Assembly (NCBI GenBank): GCA_022823625.1
Contig: JAJEHQ010000005.1
Span: 70,106 to 134,105 of the forward strand
Length of the DNA stretch: 64,000 bases
Reading direction: 5' to 3'
Origin: Gammaproteobacteria bacterium
GTDB lineage: Bacteria > Pseudomonadota > Gammaproteobacteria > Arenicellales > JAJDZL01
Positions 45,823 through 57,609 of the stretch are shown one piece after another. Position numbers and translations under genes: made by a program. Every line of letters starts with the position of its first letter. The stretch's first letter is position 1. The notes beneath the pieces were generated by a model. The model made no database searches. It saw nothing but the letters and a program-made list of their open reading frames with translations, and was not told the DNA's origin.

Positions 45823-46623
45823 TTATTTGCCATCACCTGACTTCTCGCGTCTTGCCCGAGCGAGAACGCGCTGACTTTTTCTACCGGTTGAACCAAACAT
45901 CCAAATCACGGGTCCGCTCAGCAAGTAAACCAGAAATAATACAAACAGCACTCTAGGCGGATCGAATGATATTAATACAATTCCAAACACCATCAGAATA
46001 CTGGTAACAAAAGGCACCCGTCCCCTGACACCAAAGTTCTTGAAACTGAGATATGGCACCGCACTCACCATACTAAGTGCTAGGACAAACAAAATGGCTG
46101 TTGTCATTTCAGCAACGAATTCAAGGTCCCTTCCCCATCCGGTTTCTATGACCCACAACCAACTAACCAAAAATGCCGCTGCCATAGGACAAGGCAGCCC
46201 TTGAAAATAGTTTGGGTTCTTTGCAGACTGCGTATTAAAGCGAGCTAAACGCAACGCGGTGGCAGATGTGTAGAGAAACGCACAAAGCCAGCCAATTTTT
46301 CCTAGGTCTGAAACTGTCCACTCAAAAACAACCAATGCCGGGGCAAGTCCGAAACTGACTACATCAGCCAGACTGTCATACTCTTTTCCAAAATCACTGG
46401 TCGTATTGGTCAGTCGCGCAACCCTGCCATCAAGTCCATCCAGCACTGTGGCAATCAGAATGGCAATAGCAGCAAATTCAAACTTTTCCTGAGTAGCCTG
46501 AATTATTGCAAAGAATCCAAAGAACAGTGCGCCTGTTGTCAACAGGTTCGGCAGCACGTAAATTCCGCGGCGCCTTCTTGGGTTCTTTCTTCCGGTTGTA
46601 GATTTTTTGGTTTCCAACTGCAT
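45823..46623 (-). CDS. pssA: CDP-diacylglycerol--serine O-phosphatidyltransferase
   Basis: CDP-alcohol phosphatidyltransferase motif DGLDGRVARLTNTTSDFGKEYDSLADVV in a polytopic protein next to psd. Confidence 0.85.
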   Translation of the reverse strand: MQLETKKSTTGRKNPRRRRGIYVLPNLLTTGALFFGFFAIIQATQEKFEFAAIAILIATVLDGLDGRVARLTNTTSDFGKEYDSLADVVSFGLAPALVVFEWTVSDLGKIGWLCAFLYTSATALRLARFNTQSAKNPNYFQGLPCPMAAAFLVSWLWVIETGWGRDLEFVAEMTTAILFVLALSMVSAVPYLSFKNFGVRGRVPFVTSILMVFGIVLISFDPPRVLFVLFLVYLLSGPVIWMFGSTGRKSQRVLARARREKSGDGK

Positions 46624-46732
46624 GAGTACGTTCCTAGACCGCTAGTTAGAAATTGTAACCGCAATTCCGAAACGAATCTGAAATTTGCCGAAAATTGTGA
46701 AATGCAACCGTGAGATTAATGTTAATTCAGAA

Positions 46733-47359
46733 TCAGGACCTTGACCCGATGACATCAGCGCCACCCCGCACTGAATCGCCGATGCTGACATTTACCTGAT
46801 ATTCAGGTGGAAGGAATAACTCTACGCGGGAACCGAAGCGAATAAATCCGTACTTCTGTCCCTTTTGAACTTGATCACCGGTGTCAACATAGCAGAGAAT
46901 TCGCCGGGCAATGAGTCCAGCAATTTGAATACAGGTGATCTCATGCGAATCAGAGTCGCGAATGACGATCGAATTACGTTCGTTTTCCTCAGCAGATTTA
47001 TCGACTGCTGCATTTAAAAATTTACCTGTACGATACTCTTTCTTGGTGATCGTCCCGGCAACAGGGATTCGATTCGAATGAACCGAAAATACATTCAGAA
47101 AAATTGCAATTCGAGTGGCAGAATTACCACTGATTGGATCAATGGCCTCACCGACAGCGACAACTTTGCCGTCCGCGGGAGAAACCACAAGGTTATCGTC
47201 TGCTGGAACGTCTCGTGTTGGATCTCGAAAAAACTGCAGTACGAATACAGCAAACAGCCAAAATGGAATTGACCAGTATCCACCTGCAAAGAAATACACT
47301 GCCAGCGCTGCAATTACAGCCACAGCAGTAAATGGATACCCTTCGCGGTCGAGGCGCAT
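46733..47359 (-). CDS. psd: Phosphatidylserine decarboxylase proenzyme (short type)
   Basis: 208 aa, N-terminal TM pair, self-cleavage site context IRFGSRVELF. Confidence 0.8.
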   Translation of the reverse strand: MRLDREGYPFTAVAVIAALAVYFFAGGYWSIPFWLFAVFVLQFFRDPTRDVPADDNLVVSPADGKVVAVGEAIDPISGNSATRIAIFLNVFSVHSNRIPVAGTITKKEYRTGKFLNAAVDKSAEENERNSIVIRDSDSHEITCIQIAGLIARRILCYVDTGDQVQKGQKYGFIRFGSRVELFLPPEYQVNVSIGDSVRGGADVIGSRS

Positions 47360-47364
47360 GAAGG

Positions 47365-48393
<1,029 letters not shown>

Positions 48394-48398
48394 TTATT

Positions 48399-48926
48399 TC
48401 AATTGTTTTTTTTTGATTTATGGCCATTGAGACTCATGGAGCTCTCACCTCTGGCAATGCCTGATACACCGGAGCGAACCAATTCCAGAATCTCAGTAAC
48501 TTTCAAAGTTTCAATAAATGCATCCAATTTGGAACACTCACCAGTAAGTTCAATGATATAGATTGATTCGGTTACGTCGATGATCCGACCGCGAAAAATT
48601 TCAGCCAGGCGTTTCACCTCATCTCGTAAATCACCCGTCGCTCTCACTTTAACCATCATCAACTCACGTTCAATATGATTTCGGTCAGCCAGATTGAGAA
48701 CCTTGACGACTTCAATCAATTTATTGAGCTGCTTGGTGATCTGTTCGACGACACTTTCAGAACCTGTCGTGACGATCGTCATACGAGAAAGGGACGGATC
48801 GTCTGTTGGTGCAACTGTCAGAGTCTCAATGTTGTAACCCCGTGCAGAAAACAGCCCGGCTACTCTGGATAAAGCACCTGACTCATTCTCCAAGAGCACG
48901 GAAATAATATGGCGATTCTCCTCCAC
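48399..48926 (-). CDS. ilvH: Acetolactate synthase small (regulatory) subunit
   Basis: ACT domain ISVLLENESGALSRVAGLFSARGYNIETLTV. The GTG start lies immediately after the ilvI stop. Confidence 0.9.
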   Translation of the reverse strand: MEENRHIISVLLENESGALSRVAGLFSARGYNIETLTVAPTDDPSLSRMTIVTTGSESVVEQITKQLNKLIEVVKVLNLADRNHIERELMMVKVRATGDLRDEVKRLAEIFRGRIIDVTESIYIIELTGECSKLDAFIETLKVTEILELVRSGVSGIARGESSMSLNGHKSKKNN

Positions 48927-50669
48927 TTAAGCCAGCTCCCGTTCCTGTGGTGCGGGTTCATCCGATTCTGCCTTCGGACTTAAGTGCATTTCGTTGTGGC
49001 CGCTTCCGGCAGCGATCATGGGGTAGACATTTTCTTCCTGGTCCGTGATAAAGTCCATGAACACGAGGTCATTTTTCCGCTTCATTGTGTCTCGCAAAGC
49101 ACCCTCAACATCCGCAGGGTCTTCAATAAGAACGCCATCATGACCAAAACTTTTCGCCAGTGCAACGAAATCGGGCAAGGCATCCATGTAGGAATGCGAA
49201 TAGCGGCGATCGTAAAAGAATTCCTGCCATTGCCTGACCATTCCCATGTAACGATTGTTCAGATTGATGATTTTGATTGGAATATCGTACTGCTTACAGG
49301 TTGATAACTCTTGAATGCACATGATGATGCTTGCTTCACCCGTGACACATACAACATCCGAATCCGGATAAGCCAAATGCACGCCCATCGCCGCAGGCAG
49401 GCCAAATCCCATCGTTCCCAGCCCACCAGAGTTTACCCATCTTCGCGGTGAATCGAAACGATAAAACTGTGCTGCCCACATCTGATGCTGTCCCACGTCA
49501 GATGTCACAAAAGCTTCACCATTGGTCACTTCATAAAGCTTCTCAAGCACATACTGTGGTTTGATTTTGCTGCTATTTCGATCGTATGACAAACTGTCGA
49601 CTGAACGCCAGGAATTGATCTGGTTCCACCACGCTTTGAGCGCGTCGTAGTTCGGCTCCAATTCCAACTTTTCAATGGTTGCCACCAAGTCCGCCAACAC
49701 AAGCTTTGCATCACCAACGATTGGAACTTCAACTCTGACATTCTTTCCTATTGAGGCCGGATCAATGTCAATGTGAATGATCTTCGCATAGGGTGCAAAC
49801 TTATTCAAATCGCCCGTGATTCGATCATCAAATCGAGCACCCACCGCCAACATCACATCGCAGTCATGCATCGCCATGTTCGCTTCATAGGTTCCATGCA
49901 TACCCAACATGCCAATAAACAGCGGATCATTGGCCGGAAAGCACCCAAGACCCATCAGCGTATTGGTACACGGGTAGTCAAGCCGACGAACCAAACTGCG
50001 AAGTTCCTGTTCACCACCCGCAGTTGTAACGCCTCCACCGGTATAAATAATCGGTCGCTTTGCGGATAGAAGCAGCTTGGCAGCTTTCTTTATCTGTCCC
50101 GAATGCCCCCGCAATGTGGGGTTGTAGGAGCGCATTGAAACAGTCTCAGGATAGTGGTACTCAGCTACTGCCGCAGTCACATCCTTGGGAATGTCGACCA
50201 TCACCGGGCCTGGCTTGCCAGAGTTGGCGATGTAGAACGCTTTCTTGATCGTCAATGCAAGATCATTGACATCGCGCACTAGAAAATTGTGTTTCACACA
50301 AGGTCGTGATACACCAAGTGCGTCGACTTCCTGAAAGGCATCGTCCCCAATCAGGTGAGAAGGAACCTGGCCGGAAATGACCACCATCGGAATTGAGTCC
50401 ATGTATGCCGTTGCAATACCTGTGATGGTATTGGTTACGCCAGGACCGGAAGTTACAAGTACAACGCCAGGTTCGCCGGTTACACGTGCGTAACCGTCAG
50501 CTGCGTGGGAAGCACCCTGTTCGTGTCGCACAAGAATGTGACGAACCTCATCTTGTTTATACAGGGCATCGTAAATGTGCAGTGCTGCACCACCTGGGTA
50601 TCCGAATATGTACTTGACACCTTCATCACGCAGGCAACGCACCAGAATATCTGCGCCTGTTAACTCCAT
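48927..50669 (-). CDS. ilvI: Acetolactate synthase large (catalytic) subunit
   Basis: 580 aa ThDP enzyme with GYPGGAALHIYDAL, GGLGTMGFGLPAAMG and NNRYMGMVRQWQ. Confidence 0.9.
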   Translation of the reverse strand: MELTGADILVRCLRDEGVKYIFGYPGGAALHIYDALYKQDEVRHILVRHEQGASHAADGYARVTGEPGVVLVTSGPGVTNTITGIATAYMDSIPMVVISGQVPSHLIGDDAFQEVDALGVSRPCVKHNFLVRDVNDLALTIKKAFYIANSGKPGPVMVDIPKDVTAAVAEYHYPETVSMRSYNPTLRGHSGQIKKAAKLLLSAKRPIIYTGGGVTTAGGEQELRSLVRRLDYPCTNTLMGLGCFPANDPLFIGMLGMHGTYEANMAMHDCDVMLAVGARFDDRITGDLNKFAPYAKIIHIDIDPASIGKNVRVEVPIVGDAKLVLADLVATIEKLELEPNYDALKAWWNQINSWRSVDSLSYDRNSSKIKPQYVLEKLYEVTNGEAFVTSDVGQHQMWAAQFYRFDSPRRWVNSGGLGTMGFGLPAAMGVHLAYPDSDVVCVTGEASIIMCIQELSTCKQYDIPIKIINLNNRYMGMVRQWQEFFYDRRYSHSYMDALPDFVALAKSFGHDGVLIEDPADVEGALRDTMKRKNDLVFMDFITDQEENVYPMIAAGSGHNEMHLSPKAESDEPAPQERELA

Positions 50670-50834
50670 GGCCTGATTCCTCTTTATTGACCGGCTAGTT
50701 GATTGAATTAATTTTAATGAAACAAACGATTATAGTGAGTGTGCATTGCAACATTGTAAATTCTTGTAGTGCTCAATGTCACACGTCCACTCAATCCCAA
50801 TTGATCTGGCAATCTGTGTGTCTGTCGATCCACT

Positions 50835-52241
50835 TCACAGTTTTCGCCACGTACTGGTACCGTCTGGACGGTCCTCGAGTTCCACACCAAGAGCCGTCAG
50901 TTGCCGTCTCAACTCATCCGCGGTTTCCCATTGTCTGTTTCGGCGTGCTTCTTCTCGCTGAAGTACCAATTCTCGGATGCCAGCAGAATCCACAGAAAGT
51001 TCAACACCCAGAAACCTGGAAGCATTCATACACCCAATTCCCAAAGCACCGTTTAGAATCGAAAGCGTTTGATACAAGCTTCCAGCAGTTGCTCCTGATT
51101 CAATGTCAATCGCACGATTAAGGTCTCTGACGCAGTCAAAAATTACGGCCAACGCGTCGGGCGTATTGAAGTCGTCATCCATAACCGTCTGAAATCTTGA
51201 AAGATAATCATCATTCAATTGATTGGACGGTGAAATTCCCGATTGCTCGAACTTGCGAATTGCAAGGTATATACGCCGCAATGCAACCGTCGCATTTTTC
51301 AGTGAACTATCACTGTAGTTGAGCGGACTTCGATAATGACACATGAGGAAGGTGAAGCGCAATATTTCACCCATTCTCACCGGATCCAGATCTTGAGCCA
51401 GAATTTCACGAATGGTTAGGAAATTGTGCAAAGATTTGGACATTTTTTCAGAATTGACTTCCAAATATCCGTTGTGCATCCAGACATTGACAAAGGTTTG
51501 ATCAGTCGCTGCTTCAGATTGCGCAATTTCGTTTTCGTGATGCGGAAAAAGCAGATCTCTCCCACCTCCATGAATATCGAAGTGACTACCCAGCAAACTG
51601 GTTGACATAGCCGAACATTCAATGTGCCATCCAGGTCTGCCCTGTCCCCAAGGTGAGTTCCAGCTTGGCTCACCTGGTTTGGACCCTTTCCACAGCACAA
51701 AGTCCAATGGATCATTCTTCATTTCGTCTGGTGCAATTCGCGCTCCTACCACCAACTCATCGAGACGCGTTCCGGATAGCTTGCCATACTGCTTGAATTG
51801 ACGAGTACGGTAGTAAACATCTCCGTTTGCAGCCGGATATGCATAGCCGCGTTCAATCAATTCCGAAATCATCTCAACAATATTCGGAATAAATTCGGTT
51901 GCGCGAGGCTCATGATCTGGCTTGACTACAAATAGTGCATCTAGGTCTTCGTTCATGTACCGGATGTAACGATCTGTCAGCGATTCGGTCGATACACCCA
52001 ACTCGTTCGCTCGATTGATGATCTTGTCATCAATATCGGTAATGTTGCGAACGTAGGTAACCTCATATCCCCGATACCGCAGATAACGCACGATCGCATC
52101 AAAACCGACCATCACTCTTGCATGACCTAAATGACAGTAGTCGTAAACGGTCATTCCGCATACGTAAATCCGTACGCGATTACCATCAATCGGCTTAAAT
52201 TCTTCTTTTTGTCCAGTCAGACTGTTGTAGATATGCAACAT
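50835..52241 (-). CDS. cysS: Cysteine--tRNA ligase
   Basis: HIGH-type HLGHAR, KMSKS and the zinc-site context. ATG 52241 is preferred over the track's TTG 52244. Confidence 0.95.
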   Translation of the reverse strand: MLHIYNSLTGQKEEFKPIDGNRVRIYVCGMTVYDYCHLGHARVMVGFDAIVRYLRYRGYEVTYVRNITDIDDKIINRANELGVSTESLTDRYIRYMNEDLDALFVVKPDHEPRATEFIPNIVEMISELIERGYAYPAANGDVYYRTRQFKQYGKLSGTRLDELVVGARIAPDEMKNDPLDFVLWKGSKPGEPSWNSPWGQGRPGWHIECSAMSTSLLGSHFDIHGGGRDLLFPHHENEIAQSEAATDQTFVNVWMHNGYLEVNSEKMSKSLHNFLTIREILAQDLDPVRMGEILRFTFLMCHYRSPLNYSDSSLKNATVALRRIYLAIRKFEQSGISPSNQLNDDYLSRFQTVMDDDFNTPDALAVIFDCVRDLNRAIDIESGATAGSLYQTLSILNGALGIGCMNASRFLGVELSVDSAGIRELVLQREEARRNRQWETADELRRQLTALGVELEDRPDGTSTWRKL

Positions 52242-52482
52242 CAAACTGCTGAAATTGGCAGGTTGTATAATGAGCGTTCAATCACCCATAAAACCTGCAT
52301 ATTATAAGAGTCTGGGTTCGTTCATTTTCCGTCGATATAGGCTATATGGCTTGAATTTGCAGGTGGTGCAATCCCATTCACAGCCACCTTCCGATCGATT
52401 GGGTGATTTTGGTTCAATCGTTGACAACTGAGCAGATTCACCGATCCGTAATGATGTCATACATATTTCAAAATTGAATTGA

Positions 52483-53214
52483 ATGGGCATTTACTTCCTT
52501 TCCGATACGCATCTATCTTCAAATCAGCCCGCTGTTTACGATAAGTTTCTTCGCTATTTACGTTCAATTCGTAAAAAAGCGGACGAACTCTACATTCTGG
52601 GTGATCTCTTTGACTATTGGATTGGGGACGACGGCAGTACATTGCTTGGACACAGTCCCACAATAGAGGCGCTAGCTGAATTATCTGATGCCGGTGTGCA
52701 AGTTTCAGTGATGCATGGCAATCGGGATTTTTTAATCGGGCCTGAATTTATCGCAGAAATTGGAGGGACATTGATTCCTGATCCCACCACCATCGAACTG
52801 AACGGTCAAACAGTGTTACTGATGCATGGAGACAGCCTTTGCACCGATGATGTGGAGCACCAGCGTTATCGAGAAGTCGTTCTGTCCCCCCAGTGGCAAG
52901 AATCAATTCTTAAGCTGCCCATTTCAGAACGCCTCAATCGTGCACTTGACATGCGTGCTACAAGTGAAAAAAACAAACAAGTAAAAAGTCAAAGGCTGAT
53001 GGATGTAAACCAACAGTCAGTGCTGCAAACCATGAAACAGTTTGGTGTGAAAATTCTTATTCACGGTCACACTCACCGCCCACAAATTCACCATTTTGAG
53101 ATTGATGGCTGCGAAGCAACGCGGTATGTGTTGGGCGACTGGGGACGAAATAATGATGCGGTGATTGTGGTTAACTCAGAGGGAACCATTAACCTGCATC
53201 ACGCAGAGATTTGA
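52483..53214 (+). CDS. lpxH: UDP-2,3-diacylglucosamine diphosphatase
   Basis: Colinear with E. coli LpxH: FLSDTHL, LYILGDLFDYWIGDD, HGNRDFL, MHGDSLCTDD and IHGHTHRP. Confidence 0.9.
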   Translation: MGIYFLSDTHLSSNQPAVYDKFLRYLRSIRKKADELYILGDLFDYWIGDDGSTLLGHSPTIEALAELSDAGVQVSVMHGNRDFLIGPEFIAEIGGTLIPDPTTIELNGQTVLLMHGDSLCTDDVEHQRYREVVLSPQWQESILKLPISERLNRALDMRATSEKNKQVKSQRLMDVNQQSVLQTMKQFGVKILIHGHTHRPQIHHFEIDGCEATRYVLGDWGRNNDAVIVVNSEGTINLHHAEI

Positions 53215-53224
53215 GACTTTCTCT

Positions 53225-54751
53225 TTAACCGGATTCGGCCAATTCTACCGTCTCGTATAACAGTGAGTTCTGATCGGCCTCGCGTGCCTGGTCGTTTCTC
53301 TTTTCGTTAAGTTCTAACAAAAGGTTTTTCGATACATCTCCCGTCACATACTCACCGTTGAACACTGATGTCTCAAAATCCACCACATCGGAATTAGTGG
53401 TCAGCACAGAGGCAATTAGATCATCCAAACGCTGATAGAGAACATAGTCAGCACCGATCTGTTCGCAAATTTGTTCATAGGTACGATTCGTTGCAATCAA
53501 TTCTTCAGGGCTTGGAATATCAATGCCATAGACATTTGGATAACGAATCGGTGGTGCGGCAGAAGCCAGGTAAACCGATTTTGCACCAGCTTCGCGCGCC
53601 CGCTTGACAATTTGCCTTGCAGTCGTGCCACGCACGATTGAATCATCGACAAGCAAAACATTTTTGTTTTCAAACTCAAGATCAATCGCGTTCAATTTGT
53701 GACGCACCGAGTATTTTCGCTGCGACTGTCTGGGCATGATGAAAGTACGGGTGAAATATCGGTTCTTGATAAAGCCTTCACGATATTTCACACCAATCGT
53801 GTGGGCAAGCTGAATTGCCGCAGCCCGACTGGTATCTGGAATAGGCATGACAACATCAACATCGTGGTTGGGAAATTTCTCCAAAAATCGCTTACCAAGC
53901 CACTCACCCATCCTCAACCGGGTTTTGTAAACGGAAATCCTATCAATCATGGAATCTGGGCGTGCCAAATAAACGTATTCGAATATGCAGGGCGAAGAAT
54001 GTGCATTTGAATCGCATTGCTTCGAGTGAAGATTGCCTTCGTCATCAACGAATATCGCTTCACCCGGTGCAACATCCCGCGCCACGTCAAATCCAAGCAC
54101 ATCAAGTGCAACACTCTCTGAGGTAAATGCGAAATCCTGACCACCGTTACCTGCATCACGTGTACCGTATATGAGTGGACGTATTCCATTGCTATCGCGA
54201 AAGGCGAGTATCCCGCCGCCGACGATTAACACGGTTACCGCAAAAGCTCCTTTACATCGTTCATACACCTTTTCAACTGCCTTGAACACATGCCCAGGTT
54301 TGAGATTACCGCTGCTTTCGCGCATTGTCGTGGAAAGCTCATAAGCCAGTACATTCAACATCAGTTCGGAATCTGAACTGGTATTGATCTGACGGCGATC
54401 ACCTTGAAAGACCTTCACACCCAATTCATTTGCATTCGTCAGATTGCCGTTGTGCGCCAGAGCAATTCCAAACGGAGAATTAACGTAGAAGGGCTGACAT
54501 TCCGCTTCAGAATTTCCACCTGCAGTTGGATAACGTACATGTCCGATTCCCATACTACCCTTGAAATCCAACAGTGAATCTGCAGTAAAGACATCCCGTA
54601 CCAGTCCCTTCGAAGACCGAGAAAAAACTCTCTGACCATCACTCGTGACAATGCCAGCAGCGTCCTGCCCGCGGTGCTGTAAAACAGTCAGCGCTTCAAA
54701 AAGTTCAAAGCTACAACGCTCAGCGGATCGAATCGCAACAACGCCACACAT
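53225..54751 (-). CDS. purF: Amidophosphoribosyltransferase
   Basis: N-terminal MCGV (Ntn Cys), GIGHVRYPTAG and the PRPP motif VLLVDDSIVRGTT. Confidence 0.95.
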   Translation of the reverse strand: MCGVVAIRSAERCSFELFEALTVLQHRGQDAAGIVTSDGQRVFSRSSKGLVRDVFTADSLLDFKGSMGIGHVRYPTAGGNSEAECQPFYVNSPFGIALAHNGNLTNANELGVKVFQGDRRQINTSSDSELMLNVLAYELSTTMRESSGNLKPGHVFKAVEKVYERCKGAFAVTVLIVGGGILAFRDSNGIRPLIYGTRDAGNGGQDFAFTSESVALDVLGFDVARDVAPGEAIFVDDEGNLHSKQCDSNAHSSPCIFEYVYLARPDSMIDRISVYKTRLRMGEWLGKRFLEKFPNHDVDVVMPIPDTSRAAAIQLAHTIGVKYREGFIKNRYFTRTFIMPRQSQRKYSVRHKLNAIDLEFENKNVLLVDDSIVRGTTARQIVKRAREAGAKSVYLASAAPPIRYPNVYGIDIPSPEELIATNRTYEQICEQIGADYVLYQRLDDLIASVLTTNSDVVDFETSVFNGEYVTGDVSKNLLLELNEKRNDQAREADQNSLLYETVELAESG

Positions 54752-54828
54752 ACTCTAACCTGCCCTCAATGCTAAACACTGATATTTTCGGATCATGGTA
54801 TCGGAATCGTAAAGATATTGTAATGGGC

Positions 54829-55326
54829 TTAACTGGTCAATAATTCTGGCGTCAGATATGGAGACACAAGTTCTCGCATCTGTACAACATAGGGTTCAAG
54901 CAGTGCTAATGCCACCGAATTCTGCCACCAGGCTGCGTCTGGAATAAATGCAAATGTACTGACTAAAGCTAGCACGAGCACAATGACAAGGCCTCGGACG
55001 ATGCCAAATGCAGCGCCTAAAGTACGATCAATTCCAACGATGTTTTGAACCACAATCAGACGCGCCAGTACGACACTTACAATGGTAGCGATTAACAATA
55101 GTGCGAAAAACAGAATTAAATTTGCAGCGATCACCTGCAAGGCAGGGTCGAGATTGTAGTCTGAAAGATAAGGGATGACCAAATCGGCATATGTCCAAGT
55201 ACCCCACGCGGCAAATACCCAAGACAGCACAGACAAAAAGGACTGGATAAAGCCCCTGAAATAACCAATCAACAGCGAAACAAAAATGACAACAACGCAG
55301 CCGATGTCAATGACGAGTGGAGACAA
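54829..55326 (-). CDS. cvpA: Colicin V production protein CvpA (membrane protein)
   Basis: 165 aa, 4 TM helices, in the conserved position upstream of purF. TTG start. Confidence 0.8.
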   Translation of the reverse strand: MSPLVIDIGCVVVIFVSLLIGYFRGFIQSFLSVLSWVFAAWGTWTYADLVIPYLSDYNLDPALQVIAANLILFFALLLIATIVSVVLARLIVVQNIVGIDRTLGAAFGIVRGLVIVLVLALVSTFAFIPDAAWWQNSVALALLEPYVVQMRELVSPYLTPELLTS

Positions 55327-55477
55327 CAGATTTAAACTGATTCAGTTTGTGTAGAGACAGATACGCGCACCGCAAACCAAACTGCGTTACCCGTCTCATA
55401 ATAACCGATATGGGCTAGAGCGTTTAAAAAAATATCTGACCGTTCGCTCATCCAATTTCCTGCTTATTGATTTTCAG

Positions 55478-56254
55478 CTAACCTTCGAGCTGACGAACGA
55501 TGACGGTACCCAAGGAAAGAGCTTTCGTTAGGTCTGGCAATGCTTCAGTTGCTTTTTCTTTAGAAGAATATGGACCTACCAAAACTCTGATCAGTCCATT
55601 GGCAGGTTCTATTTTGTATGGCAAATTCCTAGTTCGAATCTCGTTACCGAGTTTTTGCGCATTTTCAGCAATTTCAAATGCGCCGACCTGAATATACCAG
55701 GTTCCTACCGGAACAACAGGCTTCAAGGAATTTGCTGATTCTGACTGATTCGTGTCTACCGCGGCAACGTTGTGTGATTCGTCGATCTGTCTGATCGTTA
55801 CCTGCTTCACACCCAACTCAGCTTCAATCTTGTCTTTGGCACGAGTAGTTTCCGCCTGAGAATGGTACGGGCCGATAAACATATGCAACAACTGATCAGC
55901 ACTAACTTCAATCTGAACGGGTTCTTGCAAACGTAAATACTTAAGGCGTTCAACTTCAGTTTCTATCTTACTCTGGTAAGAACCCACATGAATATACCAA
56001 CCCGGATCTAATGACACACTATCAATCGATGATGCATTCAAACCAGTTGCCCTGACAGCTTGATTTCCGGACTGTGCAGTTGAAGCTGCTATATTTGCAG
56101 TCACTTGAGACACCGGAAGTTGCCTGTCGTCCTCAGAGAAATCCATAACTTTAAAAATAACAAGATATCCGAAAACACCCCAGATCAACATGCCCGTTAG
56201 CATATGCCAAGGGTTCGATTTTGGCTCACGCAGTCTGCTGAGGCGTTTGTTCAT
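55478..56254 (-). CDS. SPOR-domain cell-division protein (DedD-like) with two SPOR repeats
   Basis: N-terminal TM anchor and two SPOR-like repeats (WYIHVGSYQSK...FIGPY and WYIQVGAFEIA...LVGPY). It sits in the dedD position between folC and cvpA. Confidence 0.75.
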   Translation of the reverse strand: MNKRLSRLREPKSNPWHMLTGMLIWGVFGYLVIFKVMDFSEDDRQLPVSQVTANIAASTAQSGNQAVRATGLNASSIDSVSLDPGWYIHVGSYQSKIETEVERLKYLRLQEPVQIEVSADQLLHMFIGPYHSQAETTRAKDKIEAELGVKQVTIRQIDESHNVAAVDTNQSESANSLKPVVPVGTWYIQVGAFEIAENAQKLGNEIRTRNLPYKIEPANGLIRVLVGPYSSKEKATEALPDLTKALSLGTVIVRQLEG

Positions 56255-57609
56255 AACTTCCCTAGTTCCCTATACCGCTGCATCACTTCACCGACAGTCA
56301 GAAAGGAGCCGAATACCACGATTCGATCACTTGCAGAAACTCGGGATAAAATCGATTCAAATCCTGATCTCACATCGAAATGGAGCTCTATTGCACAGTT
56401 TTCAGATAGCGCGGGTTGCACGCGCCGATGGAGTTGTCTTGCGGTGATACCCCGTGCATCATGAATACCACACAAATGCCACTCGTCGAATACATGTGCT
56501 ATAGCCTCGCTCATCAGTTCAATCGGTTTCTCAGACAGCACCGACATCAACGCGATGTTCTTCCCGCCTACCGGATGCTTGATCAGGTAGTCTGCCATTT
56601 CACGTATTGATTCGATGTTGTGCGCGACGTCAAGCAATACCTGCGGAGATTCCTGAACAACTTCCAATCGACCATGAATCCGAGTCGCTTCAATTCCGCT
56701 TCGAATGGCGTCATCTGGCAAATCGAACATTTGTCGGGCAAGTAAAGCGATAGCCGCAGCACCTGTGGCATTGTCCTTCTGACATCTTCCGGATATAGGT
56801 GGCTTTGGAATATCGGAAAGTTCAACCTGCACATCTTGCAATTGCAAGCATACGGACCATTGGTCCAATTCGAATTCAGAAGTAAAGTCTTCGCCAATCA
56901 CATGCAGTTTTAGCGAAAGCTCTTCGGCCGTTTTTCGAACTGATTGCGGTAAATCTGAATCTGTACACACGGCTAACTGATCGGTACGCAATATACCGGC
57001 TTTTTCGTAGCCAATCTGCTCTCTTGTACTACCCAACCACTTTTCGTGATCCGTACCAATTGAAGTAATGCAGGCGATATCGGCATCCATGATGTTTACT
57101 GCATCCTTACGTCCACCGAGCCCAACTTCGAAAACTGCCACATCGACATTTCTTTGTATGAAATAATCGACCGCAATTGCAGTGCCATACTCAAAAAATG
57201 TTAACGGTACCTCACCGCGACAGGCTTCGACTCGCTGAAACGCCTTCAATGCATCAGCATTAGAAATCTGTTTGCCATTGACAACAAATCTCTCATTAAA
57301 ATCAACTAGATGGGGTGAGGTATAAAGTCCAGTTGAATAACCCGCATGTCTGAATATTGTTTCAAGCATATGTGCGACAGATCCCTTTCCATTGGTGCCG
57401 GCAACACTGATCACCCGAAAGGGAATCCTTTGTCCCGTAATGCGGTCAATTACCGTTCGCACGCGGTCGAGAGTAAGGTCCATCGTCCGATAATGCAACC
57501 TTTGGATATAGTTTATCCAATTGTCCAGATCCCGTGATTTGTGCTCTGCACCCAGCTGTAGATTGATAACGCTCGATTCAGGTCGAGGTAAGTGCTGCTT
57601 AGTTCGCAT
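56251..57609 (-). CDS. folC: Bifunctional folylpolyglutamate synthase / dihydrofolate synthase
   Basis: P-loop VAGTNGKGS and Mur-ligase blocks. It overlaps accD by 11 nt and the SPOR gene by 4 nt. Confidence 0.9.
   Translation of the reverse strand: MRTKQHLPRPESSVINLQLGAEHKSRDLDNWINYIQRLHYRTMDLTLDRVRTVIDRITGQRIPFRVISVAGTNGKGSVAHMLETIFRHAGYSTGLYTSPHLVDFNERFVVNGKQISNADALKAFQRVEACRGEVPLTFFEYGTAIAVDYFIQRNVDVAVFEVGLGGRKDAVNIMDADIACITSIGTDHEKWLGSTREQIGYEKAGILRTDQLAVCTDSDLPQSVRKTAEELSLKLHVIGEDFTSEFELDQWSVCLQLQDVQVELSDIPKPPISGRCQKDNATGAAAIALLARQMFDLPDDAIRSGIEATRIHGRLEVVQESPQVLLDVAHNIESIREMADYLIKHPVGGKNIALMSVLSEKPIELMSEAIAHVFDEWHLCGIHDARGITARQLHRRVQPALSENCAIELHFDVRSGFESILSRVSASDRIVVFGSFLTVGEVMQRYRELGKL

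Noticed and set aside
46674-46687. Exact 14-mer GAATCTGAAATTTG shared with 59386-59399
   Set aside because: About thirty chance 14-mer coincidences are expected in 64 kb counted on both strands, roughly (1.28e5)^2/2 divided by 4^14. The flanks are not similar.
50699-51121. 140-aa plus-strand ORF spanning the ilvI-cysS spacer and the cysS 3' end
   Set aside because: It is mostly antisense to cysS and has no motif or ribosome-binding site.
52380-52420. tRNA-like GGTTCAATC T-loop string in the cysS-lpxH spacer
   Set aside because: The flanking bases do not form a T-stem or the other cloverleaf arms.
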